From positions 5,069 through 69,068 of the forward strand of contig JBBSQY010000007.1 of NCBI GenBank assembly GCA_038243585.1: a stretch of 64,000 nucleotides of DNA, read 5' to 3'. The notes under the pieces are model-generated. The model was not told where the DNA came from and searched no databases. It saw only the letters and a list, made by a program, of their open reading frames with translations. How positions within the stretch are numbered: position 1 is the first letter of the stretch; every line of letters begins with the position of its first letter. This DNA is from Candidatus Sumerlaeales bacterium (GTDB lineage Bacteria; Sumerlaeota; Sumerlaeia; Sumerlaeales; Sumerlaeaceae). Of this stretch, positions 1 to 10,166 are shown one piece after another. A program made the translations under genes and the position numbers.

Positions 1-2
1 GA

Positions 3-554
3 TACGAAGCCATTGTATCAGCTTTACCCATACTTACTGATTGGCAACGTAACCTTAAAACTGTTGCTATTGAACCATTTGAGGCGTGGTCAGCTTCTCG
101 CTGGGATCCCAGCACCGAATCCTTTAAACACGTGGGTTCAGTATCTGCAGCAAACTTTCGCGAATGGGGCTCAGGGTTTTACCGCCTAACCAACAACGGT
201 CCTGTCCCCATAGAAAGGTATGTCTTTGGAGACAATGCTACCGCAACCTTGTATACCGGTGACTGGTACGGCCTCAGGTGGCTTGCGGCTACAATGGATA
301 AATCTGAAAATTATGATGTCGCATGGCATCCAGAGCATGATTCAGAGCACATTGGCACCTTGGTAGTTCCATATTCGCGCAGGTGGCCACTGCTGTATGA
401 AAGAGCGTTAGTTTTGGCAAAGGGCAAACTGCCGGCTCGTGATAGTAATTCGTCACGCTTGCTATACGGCGGAATCCCGTTAAATACAGCAAAGGCATTG
501 GCTGCAAAAGTAGGAGCAAACTTGAAGTGCATAGAGGATTCTAACAATGCATGA
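3..554 (+). CDS. 5'-truncated gene, C-terminus of a Druantia accessory protein (DruH/DruF-like)
   Basis: Frame is open from position 3. The C-terminus RRWPLLYERALVLAKGKLP...LLYGGIP...A..LAAKVG resembles Druantia partner proteins as I recall them. The stop overlaps the DruE start (ATGCATGA, 547-554). Confidence 0.55.
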   Translation, partial: YEAIVSALPILTDWQRNLKTVAIEPFEAWSASRWDPSTESFKHVGSVSAANFREWGSGFYRLTNNGPVPIERYVFGDNATATLYTGDWYGLRWLAATMDKSENYDVAWHPEHDSEHIGTLVVPYSRRWPLLYERALVLAKGKLPARDSNSSRLLYGGIPLNTAKALAAKVGANLKCIEDSNNA

Positions 555-3500
555 TCTGCTGGGCGCTTATGAACGACTGAACCTTGTTTACCGCATGTAT
601 ATCGAAAGCGCCTTTCCACTTAGGTATCCCGGATTATCACGTGAAAGAGCAGAGCTCTTAAAAGGCGACGGCTTCCTTTCGCAAAAGCCGCTGATAGAGC
701 CAGTACCTATCTATCCATCCTCCGGACTTGATTTACAGCAAGCAACCGAGGCGCTGGGCGAAGATTATAGCTGGTTACAAGACCTCGCTAAAAATCTGTT
801 TGAGGGCAATGACTTGTATCAGCATCAGTGGGATGCACTGCGCCTAACATATCCCCGTGACACTACAGCAAAAGACCTAGTTGTAACCACTGGCACCGGG
901 TCGGGGAAAACAGAATGCTTTTTGCTGCCAATTCTAGCGGAGATTGCTCGCGAGGCTAAACTTCAATGGCATGCGACAAATGTACCAGATCCAAAGCGAA
1001 CGTGGTGGGATAATAAACCTGCCAAGTGGACGCCGCAATGGCAACATTCGAATCGGCCGCATGCTATCCGCGCAATGATATTGTATCCACTAAATGCCCT
1101 AGTTGAAGATCAACTTCGTCGACTGCGCGCCACTTTAGACTCACCAGCATCGTTAACATGGTGGGACTCGGACCCCCAACGAAGGGGAAACCGAATTACC
1201 TTTGGCCGGTACACAAGTTTTACAAAGGTTTCCGGGAAGGCTCCCCAAAATGGAGCTGCAAGCGATTCAAAAACAGTGGCTTTGAAAAAGCACCTACAAG
1301 AACTTGCGGCACAGGAGAAGATTCTTCAAAAAAATCTGGCAGATGCTGTGGCGAACGGTAACGTGGAAGCAGCAGACAATATTACCCAACTGCAAAGCCA
1401 TTTTCCAACTATTAGCGGAGGAGAGATGTGGTCTCGCTGGGACATGCAGGCTGCGCCTCCCGATATTTTTATAACTAATTATAGCATGCTTAATGTCACG
1501 CTAATGAGAGAAGTGGAGCATAATATATTCTCAGCCACAGCAGAGTGGCTTCGTTCAGATAAACAGAACAGATTTACACTTGTAATCGATGAACTGCATA
1601 CGTATCGTGGAACACCTGGGACAGAAGTCGCTTATCTTCTTCGCGTCCTATTTCATAGATTAGGCCTCACTCCGGACTCTCCGCAGCTTCGTATCATTGC
1701 TACATCTGCAAGTTTGGATGAGGGGCAAGAGGGGCGAGAATTTTTAAAGCGTTTTTTTGGCCGAGACCAGTTTGAAGTTCTTGCTGGACAACAAGTTAAG
1801 CCAAGCGGCACTTCCCTAGCACGTATTAGTAGCCTAGGTGACACGTTCGCAAAGTTTGCAATAGCAGCTGATTCGACCCCGAACAACAACATTCACGATG
1901 AATTGCTCCTGCCCAAAGGGATTGCTTTATCGGCGGCTGAGATATTACATAGCGCTGTAACACCCAACGGTACATCCTCTACGTTAACAGACGTGTGGGA
2001 GAAACTTGGGATAGCTCTTACAATGCCAGACGTTGATGCTCCAGATGCTTTGCGCTCGGCTTGTGAAAAAGCAATGGGGGAAGTTCGTGCGACCCCAGTA
2101 AAAAAGTTAGATGAAATTCTCTTCCCTGACCATCAACCGCTCGAAGGATCTCTCTGTTCTGATGCATTACGTGGCTTTTTATATGCCATTGCTGTTGCTA
2201 CCGCTAACGGTCGTTCGATTCAACCAGTCCGCGGTCACCTTTTCTTTCAAAATTTAGAAAATCTTTGGGCATGCGTTAATCCTTACTGTGATGGAAGACC
2301 GGGAAGTAATAAAGCCACTGACGGGTACTTTTCACCTCTTGGAGCGTTGTCGCCGGTTCATAGGCTTGCCTGCACGCATTGCAGTAGCAGAGTACTCGAT
2401 CTATTGATATGCCAAACATGTGGTGAAACATTTCTAGGGGGCCACCGGTACGAAGTTAAAACGGGAAATGGTCCGCTGGAACTGTTGGCGGCTGAACAAG
2501 CAGACATTGATACTCTGCCAAATTTCGGATTAGAGCTTCAGTCTCTAAAGCATGACACTTATGGCATTTTTTGGCCCGATGCCAAGCGCACGAAGGCCCA
2601 TGGTAATGAGAAATCATTTACACAGAAATCCGGCACAAAGACCACAGTACATTGGACGCGTTATCAGATCGAATGCAGCACCGGGCGGTTGAAGGCTTAC
2701 AGCGGCAAAGATTCGACGGGGTGGGTAACTGGCTGGTATTATAAGCCGAGTGACAAAAAAGCAGCAGCGTTACCACCAATCTGTCCCCGCTGCGATACAG
2801 ATAAGCGGCGAGCAAAAAAATACCCGTCTCCTATACGAACGCATCGAATGGGCTTCGCCAAGGGTTGCCAGGTTATTACCTCGGCTCTTGTACGTGAAAT
2901 GCCTGCAGAAACTAAAAAACGTAAACTTGTGCTATTTTCGGATAGCAGACAGGATTCAGCCAAGCTGGCTGCTGGTCTTGAAATTGATCATTACAGAGAT
3001 ATGGTCCGGATGGCCCTAACATCCCATACAAACCAGTTCTGGCCAATGTTTGGCGCTTTTCTACGCGATTTAGTGAGGAGAGCGGATGGTCTGCAGGAGT
3101 GGGTTTTAGCTCTAAACCCAAAGCTCGAAAATCTACTCGAAGACCAGATTGAACCTGAACTTAAGGTCGTAGCTCAAAAGTTCCGGCGCATTTTTAAGGA
3201 AAACGCTACCGACTTGGCCGGGTTTGACGCTGAAATGACAGCTGATTCGCCTCATATTAGAGAGGAAAATCGCAGCCTTATCTCTAATTTTGGCGGTCCT
3301 ATCCCACTAAAATTAATTGTGGATCTCGTACATGCTTCCATTTTGGAACTTGGGCATAATCCCGGGGGGAATTCATATGAACTTAGCAATTTTATAGACA
3401 GCTCTCGGAGAAAACGTGCTTGGTCTGATCTTTTTGATTTTACTGTTCCAACACCGGTTAAACAAGCGGGCCTTGATATAACGGGGCTGCCCGAGCAGAT

Positions 3501-6321
3501 CAAACGCCGGCTTAAAAAGGAAATGGTCTATGCCTTATTTCCCCATAAGACACGTACGTTCGAGGGGTTAGGACTGGGAATAGTTACTTCCAAAGTAACT
3601 GACGCTGATGCGGTAATTCCTAGAGAAATTATCGACTCTGTTATTCGATCCCTTTGTACTCGAATGAGATATGCTGGAGCTGATTACTGGTGGGCAGGAA
3701 ATGAAACGGCTCTTCCGCTTGACACAAACCAGTACTTAAAAGCAGTAGGCGCAAGCAAGTCTGAAGTTACGGAACTTTTGATAGCTCATAAGGCAGCAGA
3801 ACCTGGCGACGCCGCTCTGGGCTTATTGCCAGACGGCCTTGCAATAGATTTGCCAAACGGGCAACAAAGACGGCAGTGCCCCGACTGCATGTCAGTTTAT
3901 CTCCATGATGCCGGTGGATACTGCCCTGATTGTTGCACACCAATGGTACCCATGACGGACACGCCAAGTAAAAAAGGTGATTACTACGCGTACCTTTCAA
4001 ACCGTAGTGGTGACCCATTCCGGCTCCATGTAGAAGAGTTAACTGGTCAGACGGATGCGGAGGACAGAACAAAAAGGCAACGATGGTTCCAAGAAATATT
4101 CCTCGAAGGAAATGCGGGTGAATATGACGAGTCAAAAAATAAGCGCGTACTGGGAGTAGATCTTCTCAGCGTCACAACAACAATGGAGGCGGGAGTTGAT
4201 ATTGGTGCCCTTTCCGCTGTCATGCTATCCAATATGCCTCCACGGCGGTTTAACTACCAGCAGCGGGTTGGGCGTGCGGGTCGCCGAGGTCTTGGTGTAT
4301 CCCTGGCAGTAACCTTCTGTCGAGGACGAAGTCATGATGCGTATTATTTTAATCACCCTGAAGCTATTACTGGAGACCCACCTCCTCCACCATATGTTGA
4401 TACTTCCAGTGAACCCATCTTTTTTCGTGTGCTTAACAAGGAGGTATTGCATGCAGCATGGCCGGACAGAGGTTCAGCGAATACTCCAGATAGTGGCCAG
4501 GAGTCCGACGAGGTAGCTGTTGAACGTGAAGCATCCGTGCGATCCAGGGAAAGCGTCCATGGGGAATTCGGAACCGTGGATGAATGGGCGACAAATAAAG
4601 TTACAGTCCAAACATGGCTGAATGAGCCTGCAAATGAACCAGTTTTGAGAGGCCTAATATTAGCCACCGCTCACTTGACAGTGTTATCGGAAAAACACGG
4701 GCCCGCCTTAGTGTCAAATATCGTTACGCAGCTTCGGTCCACCCTCGTATCAGAAGTAGATAATATTGTTAATGATAATCAGTTCACACAGACAAACTTA
4801 AGTGAGCGTTTAGCAAACGGGGGAATGCTGCCCATGTTCGGCTTTCCGACTCGCGTTCGATCATTATACACTAAATGGCCAAACGGTAAACCGTGGCCGC
4901 CTATTTTAGACCGGATCGAGCGAGATTTAGAAATCAGCATTAGCCAGTTCGCACCTGGGTCGGAGCTTGTAAAAGACAAGGCCATACATACAGTCATAGG
5001 TGTGGCGGCGCCAGTTCCGTTTCCTGTTGGGCCAGCAAAGCCGTCTGAAGCATTCCGCCCTCCACTATCCGAACGGAATCCCGTATTAATGGGAATATGC
5101 AGATCTTGCCAGGCGGTTGTTCAAATGAAGGCCGATGACAAGCGCATTGCCGATTTTACCTCGAGTACTGATTCTGACGTTAGGTGCCCGGTTTGCCGCA
5201 CGGACCAAAGCATGAGAATTGTCGATGCAAGAGAGCCGCTTGGCTATGTTACCGACCTGTATCCCCAAGACTACGACGGAGTATTTGAACATGCTCCACG
5301 GGCTACTTACCCTAGTATTCATATAGACTCAACTGCGGCAGTCTGGACGAAGGTTGGGAAGACAAGGATTTGGGCCTTAGATGATGTTGTTCGAAGCGTA
5401 AACGACAACGGGGGTGAAGGCGGGTTTGAGTTTTGCGAGGCGGAAATGAAGCTTTCTCAAGGAGCCCCTGGCTACACCCCTAGCCCCGGCACGTACGTCA
5501 AATATGGTACATCCCCGAACGGAAAGCTCAGAGCAATACCTGATGCTACTCCACACCGAGTTGCGTTACTTTCTCAGAGAAAGACAAACTTACTTCTCGT
5601 AGACATAACAGATTGGCCCGAAGGCGTTTCTGCCTCCCCAAATATTGCGGAAGGTAAAGCCGCGCTGTATTCTTTTGCATTTCTTCTGCGCGCGGCCGCC
5701 TGCCGCTTGCTTGATGTTGACACTAGTGAACTCGACGCGGGAATTCACCCTACTACGGTCGACGGAGAGCTGCGCGGCCAGATCTTCCTCTGCGACAAGC
5801 TCGAAAATGGCGCTGGTTACTGCACAAGATTAGCTGACCCGGAGGTATGGCAGCAACTTGTCCATCAGGTCTGGCTGGAGATTAAATCGTGGCACCATAG
5901 AGAACCATGCGACTCCTCTTGTAATCGCTGCCTTAGAGATTTCCGGAATATGTCTTTTCATGGCCTTCTTGATTGGAGGCTAGCCGTAGATATGGCGAAG
6001 CTGGCCTTTGGAGAACCTTCGTTATTTTTACAAGCGGGTGATGCATGGAATGGTTTAGCCGCAGGAGAAAATTCGTCAATTAGTCGGAACCTTATGGCCA
6101 TCCATTATAGTCCTTCGCCTGAAGCAGGATCCACGCTCCCTCTCTACTGCAAGGAACAGGAATGTACAAAGATGCTGATACTCGCACATCCGTTATGGAA
6201 AGAAAATCATCCCATGATAGTTGAAGCAATAAACGCGGCTGCGAAGTTACAATCTAATGTTCCAGTAGCAGTAGCAAACCCTTTCAGGATCATAAGGCGT
6301 CCTGGTGATTATATTGTGTAA
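547..6321 (+). CDS. druE: Large SF2 DEAD/DEAH helicase with Zn fingers and C-terminal DUF1998 (Druantia DruE-like)
   Basis: 1924 aa. Walker A TTGTGSGKTE, YPLNALVEDQ, DELH, ATSAS, TTTMEAGVDIG, QRVGRAGRR, several CxxC pairs, C-terminal CDSSCNRCL (DUF1998-type). Confidence 0.8.
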   Translation: MHDLLGAYERLNLVYRMYIESAFPLRYPGLSRERAELLKGDGFLSQKPLIEPVPIYPSSGLDLQQATEALGEDYSWLQDLAKNLFEGNDLYQHQWDALRLTYPRDTTAKDLVVTTGTGSGKTECFLLPILAEIAREAKLQWHATNVPDPKRTWWDNKPAKWTPQWQHSNRPHAIRAMILYPLNALVEDQLRRLRATLDSPASLTWWDSDPQRRGNRITFGRYTSFTKVSGKAPQNGAASDSKTVALKKHLQELAAQEKILQKNLADAVANGNVEAADNITQLQSHFPTISGGEMWSRWDMQAAPPDIFITNYSMLNVTLMREVEHNIFSATAEWLRSDKQNRFTLVIDELHTYRGTPGTEVAYLLRVLFHRLGLTPDSPQLRIIATSASLDEGQEGREFLKRFFGRDQFEVLAGQQVKPSGTSLARISSLGDTFAKFAIAADSTPNNNIHDELLLPKGIALSAAEILHSAVTPNGTSSTLTDVWEKLGIALTMPDVDAPDALRSACEKAMGEVRATPVKKLDEILFPDHQPLEGSLCSDALRGFLYAIAVATANGRSIQPVRGHLFFQNLENLWACVNPYCDGRPGSNKATDGYFSPLGALSPVHRLACTHCSSRVLDLLICQTCGETFLGGHRYEVKTGNGPLELLAAEQADIDTLPNFGLELQSLKHDTYGIFWPDAKRTKAHGNEKSFTQKSGTKTTVHWTRYQIECSTGRLKAYSGKDSTGWVTGWYYKPSDKKAAALPPICPRCDTDKRRAKKYPSPIRTHRMGFAKGCQVITSALVREMPAETKKRKLVLFSDSRQDSAKLAAGLEIDHYRDMVRMALTSHTNQFWPMFGAFLRDLVRRADGLQEWVLALNPKLENLLEDQIEPELKVVAQKFRRIFKENATDLAGFDAEMTADSPHIREENRSLISNFGGPIPLKLIVDLVHASILELGHNPGGNSYELSNFIDSSRRKRAWSDLFDFTVPTPVKQAGLDITGLPEQIKRRLKKEMVYALFPHKTRTFEGLGLGIVTSKVTDADAVIPREIIDSVIRSLCTRMRYAGADYWWAGNETALPLDTNQYLKAVGASKSEVTELLIAHKAAEPGDAALGLLPDGLAIDLPNGQQRRQCPDCMSVYLHDAGGYCPDCCTPMVPMTDTPSKKGDYYAYLSNRSGDPFRLHVEELTGQTDAEDRTKRQRWFQEIFLEGNAGEYDESKNKRVLGVDLLSVTTTMEAGVDIGALSAVMLSNMPPRRFNYQQRVGRAGRRGLGVSLAVTFCRGRSHDAYYFNHPEAITGDPPPPPYVDTSSEPIFFRVLNKEVLHAAWPDRGSANTPDSGQESDEVAVEREASVRSRESVHGEFGTVDEWATNKVTVQTWLNEPANEPVLRGLILATAHLTVLSEKHGPALVSNIVTQLRSTLVSEVDNIVNDNQFTQTNLSERLANGGMLPMFGFPTRVRSLYTKWPNGKPWPPILDRIERDLEISISQFAPGSELVKDKAIHTVIGVAAPVPFPVGPAKPSEAFRPPLSERNPVLMGICRSCQAVVQMKADDKRIADFTSSTDSDVRCPVCRTDQSMRIVDAREPLGYVTDLYPQDYDGVFEHAPRATYPSIHIDSTAAVWTKVGKTRIWALDDVVRSVNDNGGEGGFEFCEAEMKLSQGAPGYTPSPGTYVKYGTSPNGKLRAIPDATPHRVALLSQRKTNLLLVDITDWPEGVSASPNIAEGKAALYSFAFLLRAAACRLLDVDTSELDAGIHPTTVDGELRGQIFLCDKLENGAGYCTRLADPEVWQQLVHQVWLEIKSWHHREPCDSSCNRCLRDFRNMSFHGLLDWRLAVDMAKLAFGEPSLFLQAGDAWNGLAAGENSSISRNLMAIHYSPSPEAGSTLPLYCKEQECTKMLILAHPLWKENHPMIVEAINAAAKLQSNVPVAVANPFRIIRRPGDYIV

Positions 6322-6469
6322 GATTGACGACCACGCGTCACAGTCGCGTCGGTACCCTGATGCAGCCGCGCACCTGAGACTGGCTCCTTTGACATACTGA
6401 ATTAACAAAAAGACGCTACGACTTTGAATGGTTGACAGAAGTAACAGGCGAACCGCATTTTTTTAAGCT

Positions 6470-7492
6470 ATGGCTCCTAAAAAACCTACTATTATGAGCA
6501 ATTCAAAGTTTGAGAAATACGAAATCCTAAAGCCCTTTCTCCAAAGGCACATTGTCGAAAGGGTGCTGAAAACGAATCCTCCTGTCTTTGTTGCTATTGA
6601 CTCGTTTGCATGTACGCGCGGGATGAACACCTATGGCTTAAGCCAGGAAGAACGGCTGCTAAAAGAGAAGAAACGCGTTCAGTTTGTTCGCAACCGCAGT
6701 ATTGAAGGTATCAAGAGCGCGTGGGAACAGACGCCGCCTGAGATGCAAAAGCAGATACTCCTTTGTTGGCAGATCGACTGGAGTCGTGAGTTGGAAACAA
6801 CGGATAAGTTTCACTGCAACCCTGCGGCGGTTATAGAAATCGTGCCTAAAGACGACCTCACCGGAACTTCGACATTGGAAACAGAAGCTGTAATCGAACT
6901 TAATGATCCGTTTTCGGAGGAAGATGATGATGGCGAGCTTGCTGCGACTCTTATGTTCTGTTTCGAAAGCTTTCCGGAGCTATTAGAGAGACAGAACCCC
7001 ACAAGTAGTTGGTGGGGTGATTACACTATCCCATTAGAATCGTACAAAGAGTTTGACATTCTGGACGACTTTCCACTGCGTTTGGTAGTTCGGTCATCGG
7101 TGATCACGGAGTATACGCAACTTCCCCATAAGGTAAAACGCGCATTCAGGGCCGCCATGGAAACTCTTCAGCCATATGAAAGAAGCGCAGTATACGCTGT
7201 GTTTTCTACCTGTTGGAGACCAGACAGATGGGGTAAACAGGACGCCTCTCCCAGTGCACGTATAGTACTTCTGCCGGAAGACGAGGAGTCATACGGCTGG
7301 GTCTGGATGCCAGGACCCAGAGTAATCGAAGTAACTGAAGGCATCGTAGTCTCAGAACCGGAACATGCCTTGGTAAAATCTTTTGAAATGATGCTCTTTG
7401 AGTGCATTGTTTATGCAAAGCACAACGAGAAGCCGGTGCCGTGGCTGACTGGCAAAGCATTAAGGCTCGCTCAGGCGCTTAAGGCGCAATAG
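6470..7492 (+). CDS. Hypothetical protein (340 aa) within the defence cluster
   Basis: Long ORF filling the gap between druE and the convergent helicase. No motif recognised. Confidence 0.7.
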   Translation: MAPKKPTIMSNSKFEKYEILKPFLQRHIVERVLKTNPPVFVAIDSFACTRGMNTYGLSQEERLLKEKKRVQFVRNRSIEGIKSAWEQTPPEMQKQILLCWQIDWSRELETTDKFHCNPAAVIEIVPKDDLTGTSTLETEAVIELNDPFSEEDDDGELAATLMFCFESFPELLERQNPTSSWWGDYTIPLESYKEFDILDDFPLRLVVRSSVITEYTQLPHKVKRAFRAAMETLQPYERSAVYAVFSTCWRPDRWGKQDASPSARIVLLPEDEESYGWVWMPGPRVIEVTEGIVVSEPEHALVKSFEMMLFECIVYAKHNEKPVPWLTGKALRLAQALKAQ

Positions 7493-7497
7493 AGGTC

Positions 7498-9579
7498 TTA
7501 AGCGTTGTTTCGCCTCAAATCATCCAGAAACTCCGACGCCGGGTTCGTACCCGTAACTAAGAGAAAATCCCGTGCCCTGGTACACGCCACGTAGAGCAAG
7601 TGACGCTCAGTATTATAAACTTCTTCCAGGTCAGAATCGTCCACAACGTTTTCTATCCGGCTTGCCAAGGGTATTACTTCATCATCACAGGCCATTACGG
7701 CCACGGCGCGAAACTCAAGACCCTTAGCTAAGTGCATCGAGCAGATCGAAACGTGACCGCTCGTGGTATCCATTCGTTCATCCAGGATCTTATACGGTAA
7801 GCCAGTAGCTTCAGCCGCAGCTTGGGCACGAGGCAGCTGCTCCGCCGACCGTACAAAGATTCCCATTTCATGAGGCGTCACCCCGTTGGCACTCTTGTCC
7901 TTCAGCCACTCCCCAACAGCCACAGATTCATTTTCCGCATTGTCGTACGTCGCTACTTCTGGAGCCGGACCATTAAAGACAGAGATCGCGCCCCGGCGCT
8001 CCTCCACATTTCCATCAACATCAGCAATCTGCGGATCAAGAAGCAGGTCCGCCTGGCGGCGTATCTGATGAGAGGTGCGATAGTTGATCTTCAGCGTTTT
8101 TGATCTTCCGCGGATATCCACACCCAACGACTTCCAGGAGAACGGCTGCTGAAAAATCCGCTGCCCCAGATCCCCGGCTAAGAACAGTGCATTCGGCCGA
8201 GCCCCCGCCAGAGCTGCCAGAAACCTGAGCTGCGGGATACTCACATCCTGAGCTTCATCGACCACGATAAAATCAAACGGTGGATTTTTCGAACCGCTTA
8301 TTACCTCGGCCAGCCGTGTAAACATCTCCGCCTCGGTGATCATGCCGCTATCCTTCAGCCTCAGCCGCACTTTTTCGAAGATGCTCCAAAGCACAACACG
8401 CTGTTTCTCCGGCAGCCTGGTCTTCCGGCCCAGCCGCGCCACATCCCGGTAATCTTGCCAGCTGTTCAGCTGCCAGGCATCCACCACTTCCCACCATTCA
8501 GACATGAGGAAATGCGGGGAGAATTTATGATCCTTAACCGTCGTGGCCGCCTCCGCTAACAGCGCACGGATATAGGGCTGCGTCGCAAGCTCCGTCTTTC
8601 CCACATTGCCTTCAAACAGGCGGCGCCCGATCTCACCCATCGACGCCACTTCCAGTCGCTCACCCATCCTGGGCGTATTACTGATCAACCGGCGGAGTTT
8701 TGTCATCAGAGCATTTGCCAGGGTATCAGAAAATGTCGTCAACAGCACCCGCGCATTAGGATGTGCCTTTGCCAGATACACCGCCCGGTGCAGGGCCACA
8801 ATAGTCTTGCCAGTGCCGGCCGTCCCAGCCACTCGGGCCGGACCGTTATAATCCCGCTCGACCATCTGCTTCTGTGCCGGGTGAAGAAATATGGTCCATT
8901 TCTCCCACGGATAATCAAGGGCCTGTTCCAGTTCCTCCACATTTGACATAACACGAAACCGGCGCTGGGCATCCGGGTGTGCAAAGGGATCAGTTCCTGC
9001 CGGTATAGGTTCAGGTGCTACCGGCTTGTTGCCCATAGCCAGCTGTAGCAATGCCTCCCCGGCCTCATGAGGCAGATGCTCCGCAACTTCCAACAGCGTA
9101 TCCTCGTTCGCAGCCAACACGTCTGCCAGCCACTCCTTGGGCACGCCATACCCCAGAAGATCATCCTCGGATAAATGCGCAAACAGCAAAGGCTTCGGTG
9201 GCGCCGGCTGGTCCACGTGCACGTACCGTGGGATTTCTATCTCCCGCACCATCTCCCGGATTTCAACAAACTGCGCCGCGCCTGTCGTTGGGTGCGCTTC
9301 CAGCTTTCGCCGTTCCGCCCATTGATAAGCTTTATCGTGATGATCGACGTAGCAGAGCAAAAGACTCGCCTCCGTCTTGTGGAGGATCAAACGGATATCC
9401 TTGTTAACATAGATGGAATTGAAACGCTTATCCTTGATCTTCTCCAGCTTGTGAAACTTCAACCCTGGATGAGACGGGTCTGCCTGAAGATCATAAGCTG
9501 TAAGTTTCACCGCCTTTTGCTCCTCATTGGTGAGGCGAGCAAGACTTTCAGTGAAGGTATCGGAGATGCGAAAGTTCAC
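7498..9579 (-). CDS. UvrD/Rep-like SF1 helicase with N-terminal RelE/ParE-like domain
   Basis: N-terminus F.ESLARL...PGLKFHKL...SIYVNKDIRLIL...YVDHHDKAY is RelE-like. Helicase motifs GTAGTGKT, VVDEAQD, GDLGQRI, NYRT, HLAKGLEF, LYVACTRAR. Confidence 0.85.
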   Translation of the reverse strand: MNFRISDTFTESLARLTNEEQKAVKLTAYDLQADPSHPGLKFHKLEKIKDKRFNSIYVNKDIRLILHKTEASLLLCYVDHHDKAYQWAERRKLEAHPTTGAAQFVEIREMVREIEIPRYVHVDQPAPPKPLLFAHLSEDDLLGYGVPKEWLADVLAANEDTLLEVAEHLPHEAGEALLQLAMGNKPVAPEPIPAGTDPFAHPDAQRRFRVMSNVEELEQALDYPWEKWTIFLHPAQKQMVERDYNGPARVAGTAGTGKTIVALHRAVYLAKAHPNARVLLTTFSDTLANALMTKLRRLISNTPRMGERLEVASMGEIGRRLFEGNVGKTELATQPYIRALLAEAATTVKDHKFSPHFLMSEWWEVVDAWQLNSWQDYRDVARLGRKTRLPEKQRVVLWSIFEKVRLRLKDSGMITEAEMFTRLAEVISGSKNPPFDFIVVDEAQDVSIPQLRFLAALAGARPNALFLAGDLGQRIFQQPFSWKSLGVDIRGRSKTLKINYRTSHQIRRQADLLLDPQIADVDGNVEERRGAISVFNGPAPEVATYDNAENESVAVGEWLKDKSANGVTPHEMGIFVRSAEQLPRAQAAAEATGLPYKILDERMDTTSGHVSICSMHLAKGLEFRAVAVMACDDEVIPLASRIENVVDDSDLEEVYNTERHLLYVACTRARDFLLVTGTNPASEFLDDLRRNNA

Positions 9580-10166
9580 TAGATGTTCTTTATCAGTTGC
9601 TCGACCAATTGATAGACTGTGGTACCCGTACTTGTAGGCCAGGCTTCTTTGCGGTTCACGTCTCGGGCCTTTGCATTTGTTATGGCATTGCGGATTCTAT
9701 CCTTGGTAAAGTGGTTACCATTAATATGTTTATCATAATCCGGAATGTGATGCTTCAGTTTATCAGTGCAATCTTTGGAACTGCGGACGGCGATATTCCT
9801 AAAATGCAGGAGTAGCCAGTACTCGAATTTAGGACTACTAACAGCAAGACCATATTTTGGAGACGTGCCTGCCCACAATGCACATTCCTTTATATCCGCA
9901 GTTTTCCACGAATCAGTATCAATGACGATCCAGGCAAAGTCCCCTTTACGAAGCCCTTCCTGTTGAATGTATTTCTTAATCCGCTTCAGTACGTATTCGG
10001 GTGAAGTGCGATTTCTTTCAGAAAGACATTTAACTCGAACGATTGTACTATCGCTGTTAAACAACGCGAAATACTGCTCCTCGGTTTCAATGCCTTCGGT
10101 AGCTATAATGAACAACTGACGATAACGGCGGAAAGGAGCTGGTCTCTTAAAACGACTGATTCCCAC
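9579..10166 (-). CDS. rloB: RloB-family (TOPRIM-like) protein
   Basis: ATEG..TE..YF, IVIDTD, SSPKFEYWLLLHF motifs. Start/stop overlaps with both neighbours. Confidence 0.85.
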   Translation of the reverse strand: MGISRFKRPAPFRRYRQLFIIATEGIETEEQYFALFNSDSTIVRVKCLSERNRTSPEYVLKRIKKYIQQEGLRKGDFAWIVIDTDSWKTADIKECALWAGTSPKYGLAVSSPKFEYWLLLHFRNIAVRSSKDCTDKLKHHIPDYDKHINGNHFTKDRIRNAITNAKARDVNRKEAWPTSTGTTVYQLVEQLIKNI

